Origin: Octopus bimaculoides
Taxonomy: Eukaryota
Length of the DNA: 34,729 bases
Direction: 5' to 3'
Assembly: GCF_001194135.2 (NCBI RefSeq)
Contig: NC_068999.1
Location: 44,536,010 to 44,570,738 of the forward strand
Made by a program: the position numbers and the translations under genes. Numbering within the stretch: position 1 is the first letter of the stretch; every line of letters starts with the position of its first letter. Shown here piece after piece: positions 1-10,906 of the stretch. The notes under the pieces were generated by a model. The model was given only the letters and a program-made list of their open reading frames with translations, made no database searches and was not told where the DNA came from.

Positions 1-681
1 GAAGAAGAAGAAGAGGGAGGAGGAGGAGGAGGAGGAGGGGAAGTGGCAGACGATGATGAGTAGGAGGAGCTGCAACAGCGCGAGATGGAAGAGTAGAACG
101 AAAGATCAACGTTTGAAAGTAGGCTGGTTCATCTCCGTTACCATTAATATCCCGTTACTTTGCGCATTCTAAAGAATATTTTCTGTTTAAAAACACAAAA
201 TGTTTTAGTCAGAGAAAATAGAAGTTATTTTTTAGTTTCTTTTCTGATAACCGAGATGGTCTTAAGTTTCATAATGGCTACGAATTATGAGATACCCTAA
301 TGGCTAAATATGTTCCGTCTATTGGTGTTCATGAACACATTTTCGTTTGAGTTCATAATGTTTGCATAAAGCATGCAGTTACGGTAATTTTTTTTCGAAA
401 TCTTTGGTATCGTGTTTGATGAAATTACCATTAAAATATAATATATAAGGTATACCTTTTCATGGAACTATCGGATTTCTTTTGGCATGTGTGAAAACAT
501 CCATCTGTCGACAGGAATTTAACCGTTCCCATTATATTATTCTTATATACATTGGTTTCTCGATTGTTTTGTTTTGTTTTATTTTGTTGTAGCTGGTTTT
601 TCATAGAAACACTGTCTATCCTGAAATCCGAACCACATGAAAAAAACATTCAGTTGCACATTTTTTAAATACCAGGTATGT

Positions 682-684
<3 letters not shown>

Positions 685-732
<48 letters not shown>

Positions 733-1291
733 GCACACGCATATATATATATATATATATATATTCTTTTTTTTCCCACCNNNNNNNNNNNNNNNNNNNN
801 NNNNNNNNNNNNNNNNNNNNNNNNNNNNNNNNNNNNNNNNNNNNNNNNNNNNNNNNNNNNNNNNNNNNNNNNNNNNNNNNNNNNNNNNNNNNNNNNNNNN
901 NNNNNNNNNNNNNNNNNNNNNNNNNNNNNNNNNNNNNNNNNNNNNNNNNNNNNNNNNNNNNNNNNNNNNNNNNNNNNNNNNNNNNNNNNNNNNNNNNNNN
1001 NNNNNNNNNNNNNNNNNNNNNNNNNNNNNNNNNNNNNNNNNNNNNNNNNNNNNNNNNNNNNNNNNNNNNNNNNNNNNNNNNNNNNNNNNNNNNNNNNNNN
1101 NNNNNNNNNNNNNNNNNNNNNNNNNNNNNNNNNNNNNNNNNNNNNNNNNNNNNNNNNNNNNNNNNNNNNNNNNNNNNNNNNNNNNNNNNNNNNNNNNNNN
1201 NNNNNNNNNNNNNNNNNNNNNNNNNNNNNNNNNNNNNNNNNNNNNNNNNNNNNNNNNNNNNNNNNNNNNNNNNNNNNNNNNNNNNNNNNNN

Positions 1292-1360
<69 letters not shown>

Positions 1361-1385
1361 TGCATATGATAACATATATATGTAT
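685..1385. repeat. (CA)n/(TA)n/(TATG)n microsatellites flanking gap 781-1290
   Basis: Directly visible. Confidence 0.97.
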
Positions 1386-1413
1386 TAAAAGATGGCTTGT
1401 CCCTCCTTTTCAG

Positions 1414-1512
1414 GCGCACCTTGAAACTGAAACAAGAAGACGGCTATTTTATGAGTTGTTAATTAATCATCCCAATTTGGAGAGGATCGTAAAAAATGTC
1501 CTGACGTGCTGA
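1414..1512 (+). CDS. Weak candidate terminal exon (AHLETETRRRLFYELLINHPNLERIVKNVLTC*)
   Basis: Pyrimidine-rich acceptor gtccctccttttcag at 1399-1413, followed by 32 open codons and TGA. No recognisable homology; may be chance. Confidence 0.15.
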   Translation, partial: AHLETETRRRLFYELLINHPNLERIVKNVLTC

Positions 1513-1741
1513 CAATTTTCCTCTAAATTATTTTAGTCGTAAATCAAGGAAACTTTTCAATAATTCAAGAGAGCTGGAAGTTTTAAATTGCTCGAATGAT
1601 AGATTTGTCCCCACTTTGACATTTTCTAACTAAACAAAGGAGTGAAACATTAATTTAATGTCCTCTCATTAATATCTCATTTTCCTTATGATAATTGTGA
1701 TATTATATATGAAAAATCTATATTAATTCGGTTGTATAATA

Positions 1742-1956
1742 TCGGTTTCATGCTTTGGCTCAAGGCCAGCAATTTCGGGAGGGTGTTAAGTCGATTACAT
1801 CCACCCCAGTACTCGACTTGTACTTATTTTATCGATCCTGAAAGGAAGAAAAGCAAAAATGACCTCGGTGGAAATTGAACTCAGAACGTAATGACGGGCG
1901 AAATGCTGCTAATCATTTTACCTGGCGCCATAATAATTCTGCCAGCTCGTTGCCTT
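1742..1956 (-). mobile_element. tRNA-derived SINE, family A, near full length with target-site duplication
   Basis: On the minus strand it starts taaggcaacgagctggcagaatt (A-box-like) and contains gagttcaatttcc (B-box-like). Flanked by 16-bp direct repeats attcggttgtataata (1726-1741) and attcggatgtacaata (1957-1972), 2 mismatches. Confidence 0.9.
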
Positions 1957-1959
1957 ATT

Positions 1960-2575
1960 CGGATGTACAATACTGTAAATCGGCGCCAGTGAAGTGCAAA
2001 GTAGAATGAAATAATTGATGCTAAAATTAACGGAATAAACAACGATAAATTTGAAGCTGTTGAATGTATTGTCGTAGAGCGACACTTTAAACTATGATAA
2101 TATTTCTAAGCTTTTGAGACCATGTTGTGCCTCAAACAATCTTTTACTTCAATGTTTTGTGTGTGTTGTCAATACATATTGTCTGAAAGAAGTTGTTCTC
2201 CGTAAACAAAATATCGATTAGGATAATCGCATTCGAATCTGCAGGAACACATCAATAATGAATATGTACAGCTTTGTTTACATTTCTCGCTGTTCTACGA
2301 GCACGTGACAGATTTTTTTTCATTATCGATTTAGTATACATCCGCATCCATGACCAAATATTGATTTGACTCATTGGTCTGGTCTACCTTTGACTGAAAA
2401 GACATACAAAAAGGTCGAAACACTACGTGCCTCAGACTTTCCTGACTTCAAGGAACCATGTGTGTTGTGAACGTTCATTGTCTGAACAGAGTGCTTCCCC
2501 AACAACAAAATACTGCAGCGACTAGAATGCTTATGTTCTAATATTCCTGAACGATTTAATAATAAATACTTACGT
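1960..2575 (-). pseudogene. Decayed ORF with 100-codon tandem duplication and hydrophobic C-terminal segment (unidentified, possibly cell-surface protein)
   Basis: Blocks 2127-2213 and 2427-2512 start exactly 300 nt apart. On the minus strand they translate as YFVYGEQLLSDNMY*QHTQNIEVKDCLRH and YFVVGEALCSDNERSQHTWFLEVRK/LRH: 17 of 29 residues identical, 4 synonymous changes. The frame continues with 4 stops in ~160 codons to LSLFIPLILASIISFYFALHWRR. Confidence 0.5.
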
Positions 2576-2782
2576 CATTAATTTTTGTGATCTATTTAGA
2601 CAAATGCTTGTCCACTTCGCTTTGCACACGTCCAAAATCGAGAAGTTGCACTTCGACCCTACATCTCAGGGTTGATTCCACCGTAGGTAGCACAGTGATA
2701 GAATTAAAAGATAACAAACATTTTAAGAGTCATACTCACTTCTAATGACACTGCATTTTCACTTCTTTCACTCGTACAATTT

Positions 2783-2920
2783 GTACTTAATGCGTCGATC
2801 CCGAAAGGATAAAAGGCAAAGTCAACTTCAGCGGAATTTGAACTCAGAACATGTAAAGACGGACGAATGCAGCCAAGCACTTCGCCCGGCATGCTAACGG
2901 TTCTGCCAGCTTGCAGCCTT
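2783..2920 (-). mobile_element. SINE family A, partial copy
   Basis: Contains cgatcccgaaaggataaaaggcaaagtcaacttcagcggaatttgaactcagaac...ttctgccagc, homologous to 1742-1956 and 29663-29855. Confidence 0.9.
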
Positions 2921-2939
2921 TTTTCTTTCTTTTCTTTTC

Positions 2940-3357
2940 TACTCTAGGCACGAGGCCCGAAATTTTGGGGGAGCGAGCCAGTCGGTTAGATCGACTCCAG
3001 TGCATAATTGGTACTTAATTTATAGACCCCGAAAAAGATGAAAGGCAAAGTCGACCTCGGCAGAATCTGAACTCAGAACTTAAAGGCAGACGAAATACTG
3101 CTAAGCATTTCGCCCGGCGTGCTAACGTTTCTTATTTCTTTATTGCAAGCAAGGGGCTAATCATAGAGGGGACAAACAAGGACAGACAAAAGGATTAAGC
3201 CGATTACATCGACCCAGTACGTAACTGGTACATAATTCATTGACTCCGAAAGGATGAAAGGAATTTGATCTCAGAACGTAAGGGCAGACGAAATACCGCT
3301 AAGCACTTCGCCCGGCGTGCTAACGTTTCTTATTTCTTTATTGCAAGCAAGGGGCTA
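2940..3357 (-). mobile_element. Head-to-tail array of SINE family A copies (198-bp period) running into an assembly gap
   Basis: The 39-mer gctaacgtttcttatttctttattgcaagcaaggggcta recurs exactly at 3121 and 3319. Each unit contains gaactcagaac (or gatctcagaac)...cgcccggcgtgctaacg. N-gap begins at 3358. Confidence 0.9.
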
Positions 3358-4449
3358 NNNNNNNNNNNNNNNNNNNNNNNNNNNNNNNNNNNNNNNNNNN
3401 NNNNNNNNNNNNNNNNNNNNNNNNNNNNNNNNNNNNNNNNNNNNNNNNNNNNNNNNNNNNNNNNNNNNNNNNNNNNNNNNNNNNNNNNNNNNNNNNNNNN
3501 NNNNNNNNNNNNNNNNNNNNNNNNNNNNNNNNNNNNNNNNNNNNNNNNNNNNNNNNNNNNNNNNNNNNNNNNNNNNNNNNNNNNNNNNNNNNNNNNNNNN
3601 NNNNNNNNNNNNNNNNNNNNNNNNNNNNNNNNNNNNNNNNNNNNNNNNNNNNNNNNNNNNNNNNNNNNNNNNNNNNNNNNNNNNNNNNNNNNNNNNNNNN
3701 NNNNNNNNNNNNNNNNNNNNNNNNNNNNNNNNNNNNNNNNNNNNNNNNNNNNNNNNNNNNNNNNNNNNNNNNNNNNNNNNNNNNNNNNNNNNNNNNNNNN
3801 NNNNNNNNNNNNNNNNNNNNNNNNNNNNNNNNNNNNNNNNNNNNNNNNNNNNNNNNNNNNNNNNNNNNNNNNNNNNNNNNNNNNNNNNNNNNNNNNNNNN
3901 NNNNNNNNNNNNNNNNNNNNNNNNNNNNNNNNNNNNNNNNNNNNNNNNNNNNNNNNNNNNNNNNNNNNNNNNNNNNNNNNNNNNNNNNNNNNNNNNNNNN
4001 NNNNNNNNNNNNNNNNNNNNNNNNNNNNNNNNNNNNNNNNNNNNNNNNNNNNNNNNNNNNNNNNNNNNNNNNNNNNNNNNNNNNNNNNNNNNNNNNNNNN
4101 NNNNNNNNNNNNNNNNNNNNNNNNNNNNNNNNNNNNNNNNNNNNNNNNNNNNNNNNNNNNNNNNNNNNNNNNNNNNNNNNNNNNNNNNNNNNNNNNNNNN
4201 NNNNNNNNNNNNNNNNNNNNNNNNNNTATATATATTGGGTGATGATTGCTTTTATAAGTTACCGGTTAAATATGGAGATAGACTGTACATAGATGATTAC
4301 GATTTAGCCAGTATATAGTAATTTCAATTTTATAAAACATACCATTCACATGTTTAGGCACAAAAAAAAATTTAAATAAGGATTTGATCAGTATATATCC
4401 TTAAATAAACTTCGTAAACATGTATAAAGATAGATCAATGATACGTAGC

Positions 4450-4885
<436 letters not shown>

Positions 4886-5361
4886 AGTTTAGAAGTGATC
4901 CTATTAAACCAACACTAGTTAGATGATAAACCCCTAACGAGAACTGTTACAACTGTTTTGTTGTGTTTCTCAAATTTTATGTTGAATATTTTCCCCCTAA
5001 TTCTCATCATCATATTATAAATGGCGTAGTTGGTTTCGGCAACTAAAATAGCTTTCTTCTTTCTTTTTTTTTCAAACTAAAATTATATAAAACCTATCGA
5101 ATACACATACCAAAGATCGCATGTTCACACGGGTATATAACTTTACATGTAGAAAAGATTGCCTTACTTGGATACAAATAATTGTGAAGCTGTTATCAAT
5201 TTAGGTTAATTGGAAACGAGATGAAAAAGAATCTTTAAATACTTTCTGAAATGTTCGAAGGTGTTTTCAGTAGAAAATGATCGATTTGTGAATTTTTCTC
5301 CCTCATTTACTTGCGTGAGAGTCTTTCGCTATCCTTCTCCCTTCTTCAATATTTTCATATC

Positions 5362-5366
5362 ATTTA

Positions 5367-5415
<49 letters not shown>

Positions 5416-5687
5416 TTCTTTCCTCTTATTATTAGGTCTTCTTATAATGGTCCCCCCATGTATTTTTTCTCTCCATTTTCAAATACAAAACTCAGTTTTA
5501 CTTTCCATGTTTATAGAATATCTAAATGTAGTGCCCCGAGCAAAAATAACACGCAAGAACTTTGTTCAATAATGCTGTCCTTGTAAGAATTACATAGATC
5601 ACATGCCTCTAGACAAAGCATCTGCACATCAAAGAAACCGGAGTTTTATTTTGTCTTCTTTCACATTGGTTGTTATTACTATTATTA

Positions 5688-5732
<45 letters not shown>
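5362..5732. repeat. Two (ATT)n tracts (about 5362-5415 and 5675-5732)
   Basis: Directly visible. Confidence 0.95.
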
Positions 5733-6719
5733 GTTTTATTTTATTTTTTTCCGTGAGAAGTAAAAGTAAAGGGATTAAGAGCAGCGATGCGCTGGTATTC
5801 AATAATGAATTAGGAAATTAAGCTCTTTTGATATGCAAAAGAAAAAGTAAAGAGAAAATGTATTAAATGTGTAAAAAAAAAAACGCATAAGAAGAAAGAT
5901 GGTGACAAACTCTCTCTTCTTTAAAGTGGACTAAGTTAAGAGGCGTCAGGATACACTGCGCATTTCAGTATATATATATTTTTTTTTACTGAAAGAATGC
6001 TATTAAGATTCCAGCGAATATAAATAGAAACGAAATATCTTTTTTTGAAACCTCATAACATCACAGATATCAGAAAACTGTCAAATATGTTTACTAATTT
6101 GCTATTAGTTTATTTGTTTATTTATTTATTTACTTTCAATATTTTTCCTAAAAGGTGTATCATTAGAGCGACAGCCGCTGCTGTATATTGCTACCAGACG
6201 GGTCAAAACAACCTCTGTATGATTCGTTGTCTAAGTGAATGGGGAAATGTTAACCTCTTTGGGCTTTTATATTGTTAGTTATTTTGTGTGCTTTTATAAA
6301 ATTAATAGATTTGTCAGAACCAGAGCAGATGTTGAAAACTAGAAAATTGGGCGCTGTTGGAAATCTATATTTATTTACACGTTTGTTTATTTATTTTATT
6401 TCCAAGAGAAATTACATTCGGTTTCAAAGATATTTCTTTCCGTCAGCAAGTGGTAAAAATAATTTAACATCATCAGTAATTTAGAAATAGATTTTTCTAA
6501 ATGAGACAATTTTTATTTCGACAGATAATTCATAGTCACGAAAATGTTAAGCGCTTTCAAATAATTTCAGAATTTAACAGGATCTGCTGCATGTATACGC
6601 ATGCGCACGGTTGCATATATACCATATGAAATTCGACATAAGTTCTAGGACATATCTCTGGTGACAAGAAAAACGATGAAGATGGGTGTTGTTCAAGGGA
6701 GACAATACTTACAGCATAA
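5517..6719 (+). CDS. Weak candidate three-exon chain: 5517-5582, 6155-6234, 6649-6719
   Basis: Splice signals: tttccatgtttatag|..|gtaaga; ttttcctaaaag|..|gtgaat; gttctag|..TAA. Phases join in frame to ISKCSAPSKNNTQELCSIMLSLCIIRATAAAVYCYQTGQNNLCMIRCLRHISGDKKNDEDGCCSRETILTA*. The second donor and third acceptor are weak; no homology recognised. Confidence 0.2.
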
Positions 6720-7060
6720 CTTCATTGATCCATTCTTGAAAGATTTACATCTTTACACATCTACGCCATATATGTTTACAAAGTGTGGGCGTTCCTGTGT
6801 GTCTGGGCGTTTCTGCGCGAACATGTTTACGGCAGTGTGGGGTTGCGGGAACATGGGTCTGTGGGAAGACAAAGACGCAAATATTCCTGAAGCTGAATTG
6901 TTCGAATTTAGGGGATAGAAGAACTAATAGCTACTTTGTAAATTATTAATTATGACGTGGTTTGATGACTACAAATGTTGTTTGATGATATGATTAAAAC
7001 CGTGGTCGAGAACATGTTCAGTCATTTACATTATTTACATTTTTATATTTGAATGATATT

Positions 7061-7188
7061 TGTCTTCATCTTGTTTGTTTTTTAGTATTACGTTTCGACT
7101 GATGTACTTCATCGGGTGTCCTGGGAAAATTTCGAACCTGGGTTCTCATTCCTAAGGTATTTTTCCGATGCTATTATTATTATTATTA

Positions 7189-7262
<74 letters not shown>

Positions 7263-7458
7263 ACAATAATAATAACAATGATGATGAGGATGATGATGAT
7301 GATGATGATGATGATAATGATGATGATGAAGATGATGATAACATTGGAAAAATACCCTAGGAATGAGAAATCAGGTTCGAAATTTCCCAGGACATCTGAT
7401 GAAGGCTGCAGGGTACATCAGCCGAAACGTTGTGTTAACAACAAACAAGATGATGACA
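7061..7458. mobile_element. Inverted-repeat element, probably two divergently oriented Penelope-like terminal-repeat fragments around an (ATT)n/(ATG)n spacer
   Basis: Left arm 7061-7170 is the reverse complement of right arm 7342-7458. Over the core 64 nt there are 6 mismatches and 1 indel (~89%). The spacer switches from (ATT)n to (AAT/GAT)n near 7260. Confidence 0.75.
7391..7436 (+). ncRNA. Minimal (type I topology) hammerhead ribozyme motif
   Basis: GACAU-CUGAUGA-A-GGCUG(cagggtacat)CAGCC-GAAA-CG-UU-GUGUU. Core CUGAUGA at 7396-7402, helix II 7404-7408/7419-7423, GAAA at 7424-7427, palindromic ACGU helix III, predicted cleavage after U7431, helix I GACAU/GUGUU (5 bp including two GU pairs). 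Confidence 0.7.
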
Positions 7459-7476
7459 ACTACTACTACTACTACT

Positions 7477-7523
<47 letters not shown>

Positions 7524-8640
7524 TGCTACTACTATTACACACACAGACTCACATACATTTATATATATATATATACGAGCCGCAGTGTGTTTGCAGGTTG
7601 TTAGAGAGAATGCACAATTGATAATAAAGATTCAAACAAGAATCGAAACATGCGCACAGCTGTTCCCTCGCTTCCTTCCCACGGATTTATTCCATAGACT
7701 TAATGTTTACATTCGCCGAAACACACGGTGTTTGCTCTTAGATCAATGGATGTATTCCTTGGCACATGAAAGCAATGACTCGAAACACTGATGGCACACC
7801 TGTAAAATGCGTATATGTGTTGTGTATGTGTATACATATACATTTACATATACCGGCATACATATAGATAGAGAGAGAGAGAGAGAGAGAAATAGGTATA
7901 TGCACGAGAGATCGCAAGAAGACAGTAATAAAGCCGTCATTGATAATATGCTGTCTTTAATAATATTTAAACAATCGCGTGATAATATTCATTCATGCTT
8001 GAGTAATTTACATGTTTATTCTTCTAATAACTTCTATTTTAGCGTGAATACAAAGGAATGCTTCAAACTCTCGAAATTGATACGAAATCCAAAGCTATGT
8101 TACGTGGAATAATGGATACAAAGGGATCGATATAATGCATTCTAAGAATACGTCAATTATAATTACATCTCTATTAATTTGATCGTAATATGTTGGAAAT
8201 TAATTAAGACATGATTAACCTAAAGGTTAAGATAATTTGTTTATGCTTCGTTTTTTTGTTTTTGTTTTTTTGTTTTGTTTTGTTTTTGTTTTTTTTTTTT
8301 TGCTTCTTTTCAGAGGACAATTATACGAAAGAATGTTTGTCTCATGATGTTGTTATCAGGACTTGCAATATACAATAAACCGCCATTTTACATATAATAT
8401 CACATGCAGAATGGACGCCTAATGATTGAGTTAATACAGCTGTTATGACACCACCTACATACCATCTACATCAACAACATCAACACAAACACGTTAAACT
8501 CGATACGAAAAGCTCAGGAACAACAGAATGAGAATACGTTGAAAGGTTTCAATTAGTGCTATTTTCACCAATCAACTGCGCTTTATACTAACCAATAGAA
8601 GCCTTGATTAGTAACCTATAAACGGAAACCAAACGCTCAC

Positions 8641-8748
8641 CACGCGACGTTCTATGACGAGAAACACCGGTGAGTTTCAAAACAACAAACATGCATTTCG
8701 GTTGAATAATCGACATAGGAGATTTTAAGTTCGAGCTCGCATAAATGC
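8641..8748 (-). CDS. Weak candidate internal exon, 108 nt, phase 1-1
   Basis: Long polypyrimidine acceptor (..cctattttctttggcatttcatag) and donor GTG|GTGAGC. One frame is open: (G)IYASSNLKSPMSIIQPKCMFVVLKLTGVSRHRTSR(G). No homology recognised. Confidence 0.25.
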
Positions 8749-9211
8749 CTATGAAATGCCAAAGAAAATAGGAACAACGAATGAAGTCTAACAAAGGACA
8801 AAGCAATGCGTGACACGAATTATATANNNNNNNNNNNNNNNNNNNNNNNNNNNNNNNNNNNNNNNNNNNNNNNNNNNNNNNNNNNNNNNNNNNNNNNNNN
8901 NNNNNNNNNNNNNNNNNNNNNNNNNNNNNNNNNNNATATATATATATATATATATATATATAGTTCTAGGAGTTGTTATAGTTGTTGCTTTTGTTTATTT
9001 TGTTTTTGTGTTTTTGTTACTTTTATATATATATATCTGTTATTGCTTAGCCGCATGTCGGTCCTCACTGAGTAGGCTCACGATCCAAGGCATTCCAAGC
9101 ATGACACAGCCGACATTTTCTATATACTGGATCACATATTCATGAACAAAGGTGTTATGATTTTTAAGATGTAAAATGAGGTAGATTTAGGGGCTATTTC
9201 TTATATTATTA

Positions 9212-9254
<43 letters not shown>

Positions 9255-9599
9255 TAATAATCTGCATATTACTTTTTAATACTTGCCGACATGTTCGAAC
9301 ACCAAAATGCTAATCACTGCTGTGTATGTCACAAGAGAAAATATTTTCCATTACGACGATTCTACAATTCATGATACACTCGAAACTCAAAAGAATCTCC
9401 CATGCAAAAGCACAATATTCTTCAACAACATATTGGTTCCACTCAGTGAACTGCATTCGAATTACTGCACTGCCCTAAAAGATCTTTAGTGCTTCATATC
9501 GATCGCTTCTGCAGAGTTCATTCTAGTACCGCTACAATTTATCTCTATTTGTAGTGCGACTCTGTTAAATTTTGATAGTTTTACACCAGTTTACACTAA

Positions 9600-9615
9600 T
9601 ATATACGCAAGTATG

Positions 9616-9712
<97 letters not shown>

Positions 9713-9823
9713 TTGTTTGTGTATGTTAGTAAATATGTGCATATGCATATATATATATCAGTAAATAGAAAGATACGTAGAAATATATATCTGTGTGTAT
9801 GTGTGTGTGTGACTCTCTCTCTC

Positions 9824-9869
<46 letters not shown>

Positions 9870-10115
9870 CGCCTTCATACGCACATAAATTCTTTTGAAT
9901 ATATATATATACGTGAAGTTACATCTGTAAGTGTTTCGGTATACGTATCTATCTACCTATCAATACATCTAGCTGTGTATATATGCGAACAAATGTCTCT
10001 CTCTGTATGCACGTGTATATATGGGGGAGCATGTTTTTAGGTATGAGCATACATACATGCATGAATACATACACTCATATGTATATATGTATGTGTATAT
10101 ATATATATATATATA
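9600..10115. repeat. Compound (TA)/(GT)/(TCTA) microsatellites
   Basis: Directly visible. Confidence 0.95.
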
Positions 10116-10870
10116 NNNNNNNNNNNNNNNNNNNNNNNNNNNNNNNNNNNNNNNNNNNNNNNNNNNNNNNNNNNNNNNNNNNNNNNNNNNNNNNNNNNNN
10201 NNNNNNNNNNNNNNNNNNNNNNNNNNNNNNNNNNNNNNNNNNNNNNNNNNNNNNNNNNNNNNNNNNNNNNNNNNNNNNNNNNNNNNNNNNNNNNNNNNNN
10301 NNNNNNNNNNNNNNNNNNNNNNNNNNNNNNNNNNNNNNNNNNNNNNNNNNNNNNNNNNNNNNNNNNNNNNNNNNNNNNNNNNNNNNNNNNNNNNNNNNNN
10401 NNNNNNNNNNNNNNNNNNNNNNNNNNNNNNNNNNNNNNNNNNNNNNNNNNNNNNNNNNNNNNNNNNNNNNNNNNNNNNNNNNNNNNNNNNNNNNNNNNNN
10501 NNNNNNNNNNNNNNNNNNNNNNNNNNNNNNNNNNNNNNNNNNNNNNNNNNNNNNNNNNNNNNNNNNNNNNNNNNNNNNNNNNNNNNNNNNNNNNNNNNNN
10601 NNNNNNNNNNNNNNNNNNNNNNNNNNNNNNNNNNNNNNNNNNNNNNNNNNNNNNNNNNNNNNNNNNNNNNNNNNNNNNNNNNNNNNNNNNNNNNNNNNNN
10701 NNNNNNNNNNNNNNNNNNNNNNNNNNNNNNNNNNNNNNNNNNNNNNNNNNNNNNNNNNNNNNNNNNNNNNNNNNNNNNNNNNNNNNNNNNNNNNNNNNNN
10801 NNNNNNNNNNNNNNNNNNNNNNNNNNNNNNNNNNNNNNNNNNNNNNNNNNNNNNNNNNNNNNNNNNNNNN

Positions 10871-10906
<36 letters not shown>

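Noticed and set aside
236-383. Exon-like segment with two in-frame TGA codons (also one at 14122-14205 on minus), suggesting selenocysteine or a NUMT
   Set aside because: No SECIS or selenoprotein motif identified and no resemblance to mitochondrial proteins; TGA is expected at this rate by chance.
2568-2700. Minus-strand donor GTAAGT at 2573 as the end of a live exon
   Set aside because: Upstream frames contain stops, and the site falls inside the decayed repeat, where it aligns with coding-like sequence of the other unit.
2940-3357. Repeat-spacer pattern as a CRISPR array
   Set aside because: Eukaryotic context, the intervening sequence is itself homologous SINE body, and no cas genes are present.
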